A stretch of DNA of 64,000 bases from Planctomycetota bacterium (lineage in GTDB: Bacteria; Planctomycetota; UBA1135): positions 107,541-171,540 of the forward strand of contig JASFYO010000002.1 in the NCBI GenBank assembly GCA_045047305.1. The letters run 5' to 3'. Made by a program: the position numbers and the translations under genes. The notes under the pieces were generated by a model. The model was not told where the DNA came from and did no database searches. It saw nothing but the letters and a program-made list of their open reading frames with translations. This document shows, piece by piece, positions 1-8,387 of the stretch (position 1 is the first letter of the stretch; every line of letters starts with the position of its first letter).

Positions 1-458
1 AGGGCGTCCAGAAAAGATCCGATGTGTGGTGGCACAATCTTTGGGTCTAAACGCACCAGATTCGAAGCTGGCACCACCACGTATTCGGCAAAGCAGCCTG
101 CGCGATGCAAACCTGCGATTTCCGTTTTCTCACAAATGTGCTGATTCCCTGCTTGGCACGCGCGACAGCGGCCGCACACAATGTGCATTTCTGCCGAAAC
201 ATAATCCTCTAAGTTCCAGCCATCGACCCCCACCCCAATTTCATCGAGATGGCCACAAAACTCGTGGCCGATGGTGACCGGTGGAGTAATCATCGAGGCC
301 ACGGAAGGGTCCCAATGATAAATATGGCGGTCAGTGCCACAAATCGCAGTGTTCAAGACTCGGACGCGCACCTCGCCGGGGCCAGGTGTGGGAGAATCAA
401 GGTCCGTGATGAGTACTGCTGCCCCCGCTTCGGGTCGGGCCATTTGGATTGCCTGCAT
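1..458 (-). CDS. tdh: L-threonine 3-dehydrogenase / Zn-dependent alcohol dehydrogenase (runs off the window; absent from the ORF track)
   Basis: Manual translation MQAIQMARPE...AICGTDRHIYHWD...IGHEFCG...YVSAEMHIVCGRCRACQAGNQHIC...GCFAEY shows the catalytic Zn motifs (CGTD, GHE) and the structural 4-Cys Zn site. VSAE-H-VCG and HIYxWD are Tdh-like. Confidence 0.85.
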   Translation of the reverse strand, partial: MQAIQMARPEAGAAVLITDLDSPTPGPGEVRVRVLNTAICGTDRHIYHWDPSVASMITPPVTIGHEFCGHLDEIGVGVDGWNLEDYVSAEMHIVCGRCRACQAGNQHICEKTEIAGLHRAGCFAEYVVVPASNLVRLDPKIVPPHIGSFLDA

Positions 459-466
459 TGAACGAG

Positions 467-475
467 ATTCTAGCA
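467..475 (-). promoter_or_regulatory. Extended -10 element (TGC-TAGAAT) 8 nt upstream of the tdh ATG; leaderless-type promoter
   Basis: Minus strand reads CCTGCTAGAATCTCGTTCAATG with no SD sequence. Confidence 0.55.
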
Positions 476-497
476 GGTCGGCCGGCCTGGGTCGCGG

Positions 498-1634
498 TCA
501 GGCCTCGAAGGCACGAGAGGAGAAAAGAGGAGCTCTGGTTGCACCAACCACGAGAGCTAACCCAAGAGCCAAGCCGCTAGCCATCATCGAACTGCCGCCA
601 AAGGAAATCATCGGTAGTGGGAGTCCTGTCGTCGGCCAAACGCCAAGAGTGACACCCACATTCAACGATAGATGGATCAGGAAATGAATGCCGACACCGG
701 CCATTACGTAACGCGCAAAGGGGTCACGATAGCGTGCTGCGTAGGCCAATAAAGTGATGCCAAGACTAGCGTAAAGCAACAAGAAGCCAACCGCCCCGAT
801 AAATCCATACTCCTCAGCAATGACTGGAAAAACGAAGTCATTATGACGTTCTGGGAGAAGATCAAGGCGATTCTCTGGTCCTTGTCCAAAGCCAAAGCCC
901 GTCAACCCGCCGCTACCAACTGCGAGTTTGGCATGATGTAAGTGATAGCCTTCAATTGCGATTTCCTCAGGCGACAATTCGTTCTGGTGCCACCACGTCA
1001 GAATGCGCTCTTTTTGATAATCCTGAATGGCAAACCAACCAATGGGCGCAAGGATCGCAGGCAGCAATAGTAGCCAGCGAAAACTGCGCCACGGCAAGCC
1101 AGCTAACCAAGTCATGGACAGGAAGAGCGGAACCAACACCAAGGCAGTACCGAGGTCAGGCTCCACCAAAATCAGCATGGCTGGAATGGCAACCAGCACC
1201 CCTGGCTTCACGATATCGCTTAGCCGAGAAGGCTTCGGGTGGTCGGCAAACCAACGTGCTAAAACAAGAATGATGGCAACCTTCATGAACTCACTTGGCT
1301 GCAACTTGAAGCCGCCAAAGAGATCAATCCAGCGGCGCGATCCATTGGTGGCGCGACCGGCGATTAATACCCATATCAAGGGCATCAGCACAGCTGCATA
1401 AAAGAAAAAAGCATGGGCGCGCCATCGCTTCGCCGACAAAACTAATGCGGCAATCGTAAAAAAAATAAGTGCGCCAATCCGCAGGATGTGCCCGCTTGGA
1501 ATCGCAAGCTCTGGGCTAACGCTCCATTGCACAAAAAAACTGAAGGTCAGAATAACGCCAACCAAAGGCAGGATCGGCCAACAGGTCCGATGCAGGAACC
1601 CGCGCATGCGGTAAACAATAGAAGGGCCTCTCAT
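498..1634 (-). CDS. rodA: Rod shape-determining SEDS glycosyltransferase RodA
   Basis: Motifs RWIDL, QPSEFMK, EPDLGT, LPERHNDF and TGLPLPMISFGGSS. Start re-set to the ATG at 1634, which forms an ATGA overlap with the pbp2 stop. Lies downstream of mreBCD-pbp2. Confidence 0.92.
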   Translation of the reverse strand: MRGPSIVYRMRGFLHRTCWPILPLVGVILTFSFFVQWSVSPELAIPSGHILRIGALIFFTIAALVLSAKRWRAHAFFFYAAVLMPLIWVLIAGRATNGSRRWIDLFGGFKLQPSEFMKVAIILVLARWFADHPKPSRLSDIVKPGVLVAIPAMLILVEPDLGTALVLVPLFLSMTWLAGLPWRSFRWLLLLPAILAPIGWFAIQDYQKERILTWWHQNELSPEEIAIEGYHLHHAKLAVGSGGLTGFGFGQGPENRLDLLPERHNDFVFPVIAEEYGFIGAVGFLLLYASLGITLLAYAARYRDPFARYVMAGVGIHFLIHLSLNVGVTLGVWPTTGLPLPMISFGGSSMMASGLALGLALVVGATRAPLFSSRAFEA

Positions 1635-4243
1635 TCGAACAATACCTTCGCTTCGGGGCTCTTTAAGAATTCCTTCAAGATGAAGGATGCGATTTGCCCG
1701 CCGTGCAGGCCAACGTTTTCGCACAATATTGCGAATGAGTAACGCGGGTTATCACGCGGGAAAAAACCAGTCAACCAAGCATGGGTAGGCTGTAGAAGCC
1801 CGTTAGCAAAAATTTGCGCAGTTCCAGTTTTACAAACGATTTGCCACTCGGGATTAAACTTGGTGCGTGCGGCAGTGCCACCGTCTTCATAGCCCACGGC
1901 ATACAGCGCATCAAGGATGAGTGCTCGGTTCGATGCCGATAGTACGGGCACGGCGTGCTGCTCACGTGCTGGGGAACCACCACCGCCAGCATGCACCAAT
2001 CTTGGCTGCAACAACTCTCCGGTAGCAAGCCAACCGTACATGCGGGCCATTTGCAAAGGGCTGGCCTGCACTCCCACTTGACCGATTGCAGTGCGCATTA
2101 ACCGAATCGTATTGTCCTGTAAGGATTTCTTATCCGATAGGTAGTTCGCCTTGCGCTCCAAACGCACGTCGCCGCTTAGGTGAAGGTTTTCTGCAGAATC
2201 CTCAGAAGCGTCAAAGCGCACTAACTCCAAGCCGGTGGGGCGATCAAAACCAAGACCCTTGGCATAGGCGTAGATCACATCGGCGCCAATATCTCTAGCA
2301 AGCAAGTAAAAGTAAACATTGCAGGAACGCTTGAGGGCTTCGCGCATGGCAACGTCTTGATGCCCCCATTTACTATCACACTTCAAAGTTGTGCCGCCAC
2401 TAATAGGAGTGATGGCACCCTCACAATGATAAACCTTGTTCCAGTAGTTAGGGTTCAAGGACAAGGCAGCAGCGGCAACCAAAGGCTTAAAAGTGGAGCC
2501 TGGGTACGGAACTTCAGGCCCTAGATACCCACCTCCAAGTGCCCGATTACGCAGAGGGTTTCCGGCCTTTATTTCGGCGAGCTGTTGGTAATCGGTACGA
2601 AACTCCTCGCGCGAAAAACCCGGGGTGCTCATTAACAGAGGTGTTTCGCCATTGCGTAAATCAAGCAAGGCAAATCCGACCCGTGGAAGATTGGGGTTGA
2701 ATTTGCGTAATGACTCAGCTGGAGTTTCAGGGAAGGTGGACGCGAGTGTGCTTGGCGTTTCACGATAGACCTTCAGAATCGAGCGCTGCGCTGCATGGGC
2801 CAGGTCCACGTCAAGCGAAAGAGTGATGTCGGTGCCATCACGAGGTTTGGAGAAAAGAAGCTCTAGAGGTCGTCCATCACCTTCTCCCCCCTCAAGGACT
2901 TGCAGATATCCACGGCTGCCTCGGAGTTGATCCTCATAAACCAATTCGATCCCGGTGGCACCACGCAATTCGTCTGGACGGAGCGCGTCGCTCCAGAGCC
3001 AATCACGCACTTTACGAAACTCAGCCTCCTCTTCTGGCTGGCGAATAAAAATGCGACGTAAAGCATGGAATCGATCGACTGCTTCTGCAAACTCCGACGT
3101 TTCATCGGGGTCCACCTTACGCACATTGCCCACCAACATGGGTGATATTTCATTGGGGTAGATTCGCCGGGCAACTTCTTGCAGATACAAACCTTGGTAG
3201 TTTTCCGATTGCTGCGCGAGCAAATCCACCAACTCAAAGCTGAGGTCACGTTTCAGCGTCTTGACACGATATTGGTGGATACGGCGCGCCTGCGAACGAC
3301 GTACCCCGGTGGCGTCGTCGGTATGATTCTTTTCCAAATCAGAAAGGAAGTTGTCGAGCAATTGATTTTTCTCAACTCGCGACATGGCATCCAGCGCATC
3401 TTTGGCCGCGCCGCCTAAAGGCTTCAATAACGCGCCTAATGCTGCAGGATCAGCTTGCCATGACCAGCGCTCACTAAGGGTTTGTAAGGCTTGATCTCTC
3501 TCTTCACCGGCTTTAGCGATCCGGGAGAGCAAACTATACGAAGAAATCCCCAAAGCGCGGCCGGCGCATTCCTGCAATGCACGAGTCAGCACCATGCCCT
3601 CTAGCACTTGACGCCGGAGCTCCAGCTTGGGAAGAAGGGTGCCACGCCAAGCTGGTCCAAGAAGTTCCTCAAGCAAAGCAATCTCGCGCCGAGCTTCGAC
3701 GAGACCGCGACTAAGTCCGTCGAAAGCTTGTGGGAAATGCTCGCCGAAAGAATCCTCACTCCCGTCTGCCCATTCTTGGACAGCAAGCCGCAACCGCGAG
3801 GACGGCATTTCGGCGATGCCGCGTAAGTAAAACATCAAGTCACCACGTTGCCGAGGGGTGATGCTGCGCAAGTCCTTTGGCGTCCAAGAAAAGCACAAGC
3901 GCCCCAAGCGCTCGCCGTCAGCCATGCACTCTTCGAGACCGCCAGATGCGACCCCCATCAAGGCAAGCGCCTCATGCAACTGCCCTGCGATGTGGCCGCG
4001 ACGGAAATCACGGTAGCGGAAGGATAAGTCGTAAGATGGCTTATCCATCGCCAACACTTTTTCGTTGCGATCCAGAATCCGGCCACGACGAAATGGAATC
4101 GACTCCCGGTCTAACCGCGAGTTCCTGGCCTCGCGCAACCAATAGTCATGTTCCTTAATTTGCAATTGAAAGAGGCGCCCAATCAGGACTGCCACAATCA
4201 GCAAGAACAGATACGCCAGATTGCGCAAACGTAAGCCTCTCAT
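1631..4243 (-). CDS. mrdA: Penicillin-binding protein 2 (class B transpeptidase), enlarged to 870 aa
   Basis: N-terminal TM, RGRILDRN, RIYP, GIELVYEDQLRG, SxxK (GSTFK), SxN (SCN), KTG (KTGTAQ), HAWLTGF. Confidence 0.92.
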   Translation of the reverse strand: MRGLRLRNLAYLFLLIVAVLIGRLFQLQIKEHDYWLREARNSRLDRESIPFRRGRILDRNEKVLAMDKPSYDLSFRYRDFRRGHIAGQLHEALALMGVASGGLEECMADGERLGRLCFSWTPKDLRSITPRQRGDLMFYLRGIAEMPSSRLRLAVQEWADGSEDSFGEHFPQAFDGLSRGLVEARREIALLEELLGPAWRGTLLPKLELRRQVLEGMVLTRALQECAGRALGISSYSLLSRIAKAGEERDQALQTLSERWSWQADPAALGALLKPLGGAAKDALDAMSRVEKNQLLDNFLSDLEKNHTDDATGVRRSQARRIHQYRVKTLKRDLSFELVDLLAQQSENYQGLYLQEVARRIYPNEISPMLVGNVRKVDPDETSEFAEAVDRFHALRRIFIRQPEEEAEFRKVRDWLWSDALRPDELRGATGIELVYEDQLRGSRGYLQVLEGGEGDGRPLELLFSKPRDGTDITLSLDVDLAHAAQRSILKVYRETPSTLASTFPETPAESLRKFNPNLPRVGFALLDLRNGETPLLMSTPGFSREEFRTDYQQLAEIKAGNPLRNRALGGGYLGPEVPYPGSTFKPLVAAAALSLNPNYWNKVYHCEGAITPISGGTTLKCDSKWGHQDVAMREALKRSCNVYFYLLARDIGADVIYAYAKGLGFDRPTGLELVRFDASEDSAENLHLSGDVRLERKANYLSDKKSLQDNTIRLMRTAIGQVGVQASPLQMARMYGWLATGELLQPRLVHAGGGGSPAREQHAVPVLSASNRALILDALYAVGYEDGGTAARTKFNPEWQIVCKTGTAQIFANGLLQPTHAWLTGFFPRDNPRYSFAILCENVGLHGGQIASFILKEFLKSPEAKVLFE

Positions 4244-4731
4244 CGGCCCCCTCCCTTAGAAAGGAAATTTGCACGCGTCGGGCGATGGAAGAAAGCCATA
4301 AGAAGACCTGTATACAAACAACGAATCCAGGCGTCGGAAGGGCTGAGTTGCGTGCCAAGTTGTTGCGCGGCAAGACGATCGAGCAAGGCAAGCGGGACCG
4401 CTGCCGAAAACCCGGTTACGAAACGCAGGAGTGGATTGTATTCACTCAAACGTCGTGCAAGTGTTTCACGCACGAACAGCGCCAATCCAAAACCAGCCCA
4501 TGCGCTAAAAGGCGATATCGCGGTCACGCTACTGCGCAGAACGCCGAGCAGGATCACTATGTGCACCGAGCGTCGCCAGGAGTCTGGCGCGGGGACGGGG
4601 ATCGAGAGCAGCAGAAGCACCAGCCAGACATCGGGGAGTTGGGCGCCTCCTGGGAGCTGGCGCAAGATTGGAGCCAATAGGGTCACCAGGATGGCCACTG
4701 GAATCAGAATGCGTAAACGCGGGCCTTTCAC
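4240..4731 (-). CDS. mreD: MreD-like small polytopic membrane protein
   Basis: 163 aa, hydrophobic, PD motif after TM1 (LPDVWLVLLL). Located between the mreC-like gene and pbp2 with 4-nt overlaps. Confidence 0.65.
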   Translation of the reverse strand: MKGPRLRILIPVAILVTLLAPILRQLPGGAQLPDVWLVLLLLSIPVPAPDSWRRSVHIVILLGVLRSSVTAISPFSAWAGFGLALFVRETLARRLSEYNPLLRFVTGFSAAVPLALLDRLAAQQLGTQLSPSDAWIRCLYTGLLMAFFHRPTRANFLSKGGGR

Positions 4732-5933
4732 GGCGTGTCCTCCGCTTGTGCGTCTAAGCGCAACACTTCCAGATTCACCAGCGGTGACATTGCGGCTTCA
4801 TCTTGATAACCAAGCCATAAACCACGTGGGATGTGATCGCCGCCGCGGGTGAACAAGGGCAATGGGTTCGAAGATGCCTCCCATGCCTTGACTCCAAGGA
4901 CCTCGCCGGCATCGGGGTCAAGAGCCACGGCTCCCTGGTCCCAAGATGCTGGAGCAAGGCGTCGCGCCCAACCCCATCCACTTCGCCACACACGCAACTC
5001 TCCACTCACCTTGGCCTGGTCGGTCACTACCGTAGGTGTGAAATTAGCGGGAGAGCTCAAGGCATACCAATCAGATCCGAGCAGGGCATCGGTGCGTAAA
5101 AGACGCGAGGCCACTTGCCGCTTTTGCGCGGGCTCTGCAATCAAGTCCTTGCCGACAGCTCCAGCAGCAATGAATACACGTCCCTGTGCCCCGACCGGAA
5201 TGGAATGCTCGATTACCCATAAGGCTTCGCCACGGCTGGAGTCTCCCTCCAACTGCATCGTTCCCAAATGCAATCCTGCCTGTGCCAAGTTGGGAGGGTC
5301 CAAGGGGCGCGGCCGCCACATCAGAGTTTGGCCAACCAAATAACCAGTTTCATCTTCAGACCATTCCACCACGGCCGTGCCTCCTCCGCCGCGGCCAAAA
5401 CAAACCGCGCGAATGGGTTGGCCTGATTCTGGCACGACGGTTAATCCAGTGCGCAATCCAGCGGCCGACCACAGCTCAACATCGGCGGCATGCTCTCGCA
5501 CTTCCCCTAGTCGGCCAAGAAAGGCATTCCCAAAAGCGACCAACTGACCTTGTGCCAAATGGAAGTCCTTTCCAGCGGCAATCACTAAACGTCCACGCGC
5601 TAAATCCAGCGACCACACTGGAACTTCCAACCAAGCCATGCCCGGAATCGCTGCTGGCAATCCAAGTCGACGCTCCAAAGAAACCAGTGCGGATCGAGTT
5701 GGCGACGGTGCTGTTTCACCCAGCACAGAAGCCTGGCCCGCCGAGTCACCGGTTAAAAAATCATCCAACCTCCCTGCAAGCGCTGCAATCGGCTTTTGCA
5801 CCGGCGCCAGGACCACGCTCACTACATGCTCTAGTTGCGGTAATTGTAAAACGGCCTGCAAAGCCAACAACCCAACCGCTGCCCCAGTGAGCAGTACACG
5901 CCGATAGCGCTCCGCTCCCGGCAGCAGGAACAC
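4728..5933 (-). CDS. mreC: Divergent MreC-like protein
   Basis: N-terminal TM followed by VLAPVQKPI. Contains LVIAAGKDFHLAQGQLV..FLGRLGEV (MreC beta-barrel pattern) and C-terminal LFTRGGDHIPRGLWLG. Directly follows mreB. Confidence 0.65.
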   Translation of the reverse strand: MFLLPGAERYRRVLLTGAAVGLLALQAVLQLPQLEHVVSVVLAPVQKPIAALAGRLDDFLTGDSAGQASVLGETAPSPTRSALVSLERRLGLPAAIPGMAWLEVPVWSLDLARGRLVIAAGKDFHLAQGQLVAFGNAFLGRLGEVREHAADVELWSAAGLRTGLTVVPESGQPIRAVCFGRGGGGTAVVEWSEDETGYLVGQTLMWRPRPLDPPNLAQAGLHLGTMQLEGDSSRGEALWVIEHSIPVGAQGRVFIAAGAVGKDLIAEPAQKRQVASRLLRTDALLGSDWYALSSPANFTPTVVTDQAKVSGELRVWRSGWGWARRLAPASWDQGAVALDPDAGEVLGVKAWEASSNPLPLFTRGGDHIPRGLWLGYQDEAAMSPLVNLEVLRLDAQAEDTP

Positions 5934-6985
5934 TAGGCCAAATCCTCTCCGTCGGAGAGGAAGGATGCGTAAAGGTCGAGGTCTTCGAGGAACTTGGCAG
6001 TTCCACGCACCACTGCGGTCAATGGATCCTTGCCGATTTTACATGGCAAACCCGTATTCTTGGTCATGTACTCACTCAAGCCTGGAAGCAATGCACCACC
6101 GCCTACGATGACGATGCCTTGATCCAGCAAGTCGGAGCCAATTTCCGGTGGTGCCATTTCTAGACAATCCAAAACCGCACGCATAATGCCGCGCAGTGGG
6201 ACGTCGAGTGCATCACGGATTTCTTCTGAATTGAGGACTGCCTTGCGCGGCATCAGGTTCAGGGTATCGCGACCTGCAATCTCTAAAGTCTTTTCTTCCT
6301 TGAGGGCCCAAGCCGAACCGATGGTTATCTTTAACTGCTCAGCAGTTTGTGGACCAATCTGCAAGTTATGACTCTTGCGGATGAAATCGACGATAGCATC
6401 GTCCATGTTGTCGCCTGCCATCTTCACCGACTTCACCGAAACCGGCCCACCGAGTGCAAGAATCGCAACCTCGGTAGTTCCACCGCCGATGTCGACGACC
6501 ATGGAGCCTTCCGCTTCCGTAATCGGCAATTCGACACCGAGCCCAGCCGCCATCGGCTCATCGACAAGGAATACTTTGCGTGCTCCAGCGCGCTCAGCGG
6601 AGTTAATCACCGCGCGACGCTCTACTGTGGTAATCCCAGATGGAACTGAAATCACGACCCGTGGGCGAACCCAAGAGCGGCCTTCTTGCGACTTGCGCAG
6701 GAAGTAGCGCAACAGCTTCTCGGTGACTTCAAAGTCTGCGATCACACCGCCCTTCATTGGGCGCACTGCGTCAATGTTGATCGGCGTTTTACCCAACATG
6801 CGGTAAGCCTCAATGCCTACGCCTTGGCCATCCAAGATGACCTCATTGGTGCCCTTGTAAACCGCGACCACCGAAGGCTCATTCAAAATGATGCCGCGCT
6901 CCTGCGACGCAACCAAAGTATTGGCTGTGCCGAGGTCAATGCCGAGGTCCTCAGAAAGGGAGAACCGACGAAAAAGCCAATCCAT
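5933..6985 (-). CDS. mreB: Actin-like rod shape-determining protein MreB
   Basis: GIDLGTANTLV, NEPSVVA, RPMKGGVIADF, VDIGGGTTEVA, GGGALL. Confidence 0.97.
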   Translation of the reverse strand: MDWLFRRFSLSEDLGIDLGTANTLVASQERGIILNEPSVVAVYKGTNEVILDGQGVGIEAYRMLGKTPINIDAVRPMKGGVIADFEVTEKLLRYFLRKSQEGRSWVRPRVVISVPSGITTVERRAVINSAERAGARKVFLVDEPMAAGLGVELPITEAEGSMVVDIGGGTTEVAILALGGPVSVKSVKMAGDNMDDAIVDFIRKSHNLQIGPQTAEQLKITIGSAWALKEEKTLEIAGRDTLNLMPRKAVLNSEEIRDALDVPLRGIMRAVLDCLEMAPPEIGSDLLDQGIVIVGGGALLPGLSEYMTKNTGLPCKIGKDPLTAVVRGTAKFLEDLDLYASFLSDGEDLA

Positions 6986-7030
6986 GTGTAGGAAGTGTTG
7001 GGGTTTGGAAGCGGATGCAGTTCCTTGCGC

Positions 7031-7059
7031 AGTATAGGGACCCTTTCCTTGGGATTAAA
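7031..7059 (-). promoter_or_regulatory. Putative sigma70 promoter of the mreB operon (TTTAAT-N17-TATACT)
   Basis: Near-consensus -10 with a 17-nt spacer, located between the upstream terminator and the mreB start. Confidence 0.5.
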
Positions 7060-7086
7060 GCACCACAGAACAAAACAGGGTCCGCA

Positions 7087-7129
7087 AAAGGAAAGAAGGC
7101 CGGAACCATTTCTGATTCCGGCCTTCTTT
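7087..7129 (-). terminator. Rho-independent terminator after the 8254-7143 gene pair
   Basis: Minus strand reads AAAGAAGGCCGGAATCA-GAAA-TGGTTCCGGCCTTCTTT followed by CCTTTT; starts 13 nt after the stop codon. Confidence 0.85.
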
Positions 7130-7142
7130 GATTTGGCTTGTT

Positions 7143-7388
7143 CTACTTACCGTAGTTACCGGAGAACAAGGCGCCCATCCCGTAGTTGGTGCCTGAGGAG
7201 TGATCAATCATGATGACCGCTGCCAAAAGCATTACTGCAGTGACGATGCTCAGAACCACTTCCATTGGAGGGCCTGGGCTGACTTCCTTAGCTTCCTTGA
7301 CCTTTTTGGCCTTCTTAGCTTTAGGAGCCTTCTTTCCGCCACCCTTTGCAGGAGCGGCTTTCTTAGCGTTACGTCGACGTGCTGCCAT
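7143..7388 (-). CDS. Small Lys/Ala-rich single-pass membrane protein, unknown function
   Basis: 81 aa with a basic N-terminus (AKKAAPAKGGGKKAPKAKKAKK) and one TM. AGGAG SD upstream, terminator downstream. Confidence 0.8.
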   Translation of the reverse strand: MAARRRNAKKAAPAKGGGKKAPKAKKAKKVKEAKEVSPGPPMEVVLSIVTAVMLLAAVIMIDHSSGTNYGMGALFSGNYGK

Positions 7389-7399
7389 CTGGAGACTCC

Positions 7400-8254
7400 T
7401 TACAGGCGAGTGGTGACGCGGTCGCCAGCGGTGATTGCGCCGTTACCGTCGAGGACAACCGTTGCAGCAGACTTGGTCTGGTTCACGGAGTGGACGTAGA
7501 TGCGACCCTTGTAAGTCGAACCGTTAAAGACGTCGTAGGTGTAGCCAGGCTGAACGTTGTTGTCCTTGCCCAAGTTCACAACCACGTAGGTGGTGTTATC
7601 CACCGTCTCAACACTCAACACCGAGCCATCCATCTGCGGCTGCGCACCAATCTGCTCGATGTCGACCTTGTACAGGCTAACCACCGTTGCGAGCTTGGCT
7701 TCAGCAGCGGAGGAACGCTCCATTTCACGATCCAGCTTAATCTGGAGATCATGGGCAGCGCCATTCGCCATGTTGGCGGAATCCTCTGCAGCGTTTGCAC
7801 TTGCAAGAGCTGCATCACGCGAGTCCAGAGCATCGTCGCGCTCTTGGCGGACGGCTTCGAACTGACGGTGCAAGCCTTCAAGCTGCGTGGACTGTTGACC
7901 GTTGGTACCTTCGAGGTCACCAAGCTTGCCATCAATCACCTGCAGGCTTTCGCGCAGATCTGAGTTTTGCTGACGCTCAGACTCGAGGCTCTCAGTGAGA
8001 GCTGTCTTGTCGGCAGTGAGGGTGCTGTTGTCGTTGCGCAGCTGACTACTGATGCTGTTAGCTGTGCGCAGTTGAGCGGTGAGGTCGCTAACTTCGGCAG
8101 TAGAGCTGGCTTCAAGGTCGGCGACGACCTGTTGCTCAGCTTCATACTTGCCTCGGTACTCCTCGCTATGCCCAATCAGGGAAGCGGCTGCCCCCACGAA
8201 AAGGGCAGACAATGCAAGGTTCAAAACGACAAAAAACTTTCCGATGGTACTCAT
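7400..8254 (-). CDS. Membrane-anchored long coiled-coil protein with a C-terminal beta domain
   Basis: N-terminal TM (GKFFVVLNLALSALFVGAA), roughly 170 aa of heptad-like Q/E/A/L-rich sequence, and C-terminal VVNLGKDNNVQPG...GRI..AGDRV. Confidence 0.8.
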   Translation of the reverse strand: MSTIGKFFVVLNLALSALFVGAAASLIGHSEEYRGKYEAEQQVVADLEASSTAEVSDLTAQLRTANSISSQLRNDNSTLTADKTALTESLESERQQNSDLRESLQVIDGKLGDLEGTNGQQSTQLEGLHRQFEAVRQERDDALDSRDAALASANAAEDSANMANGAAHDLQIKLDREMERSSAAEAKLATVVSLYKVDIEQIGAQPQMDGSVLSVETVDNTTYVVVNLGKDNNVQPGYTYDVFNGSTYKGRIYVHSVNQTKSAATVVLDGNGAITAGDRVTTRL

Positions 8255-8354
8255 CCCAGATGGTGCGGGCTTGTTATGGGGAGGTGAAGCGCAGGGTCGC
8301 GCGGGGCTCAGTCTAGGCGTGCGTGGGCATTGGGTTTACGCCTGAGAAGCGAAA

Positions 8355-8383
8355 AATCTACCCCAACCCTAGAGAAGGGTCAA
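8355..8383 (-). promoter_or_regulatory. Sigma70-type promoter TTGACC-N17-TAGATT for the coiled-coil gene pair
   Basis: Near-consensus -35 (8383-8378) and -10 (8360-8355) with an exact 17-nt spacer. Confidence 0.7.
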
Positions 8384-8387
8384 GCGC

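Noticed and set aside
7379..7963. 194-aa plus-strand ORF and similar long shadow ORFs (5186-5890, 14848-15525, 18764-19450, 41502-42197, 62712-63521)
   Set aside because: These are antisense or alternate-frame ORFs over well-supported genes, with no motifs. They are expected at this GC content.
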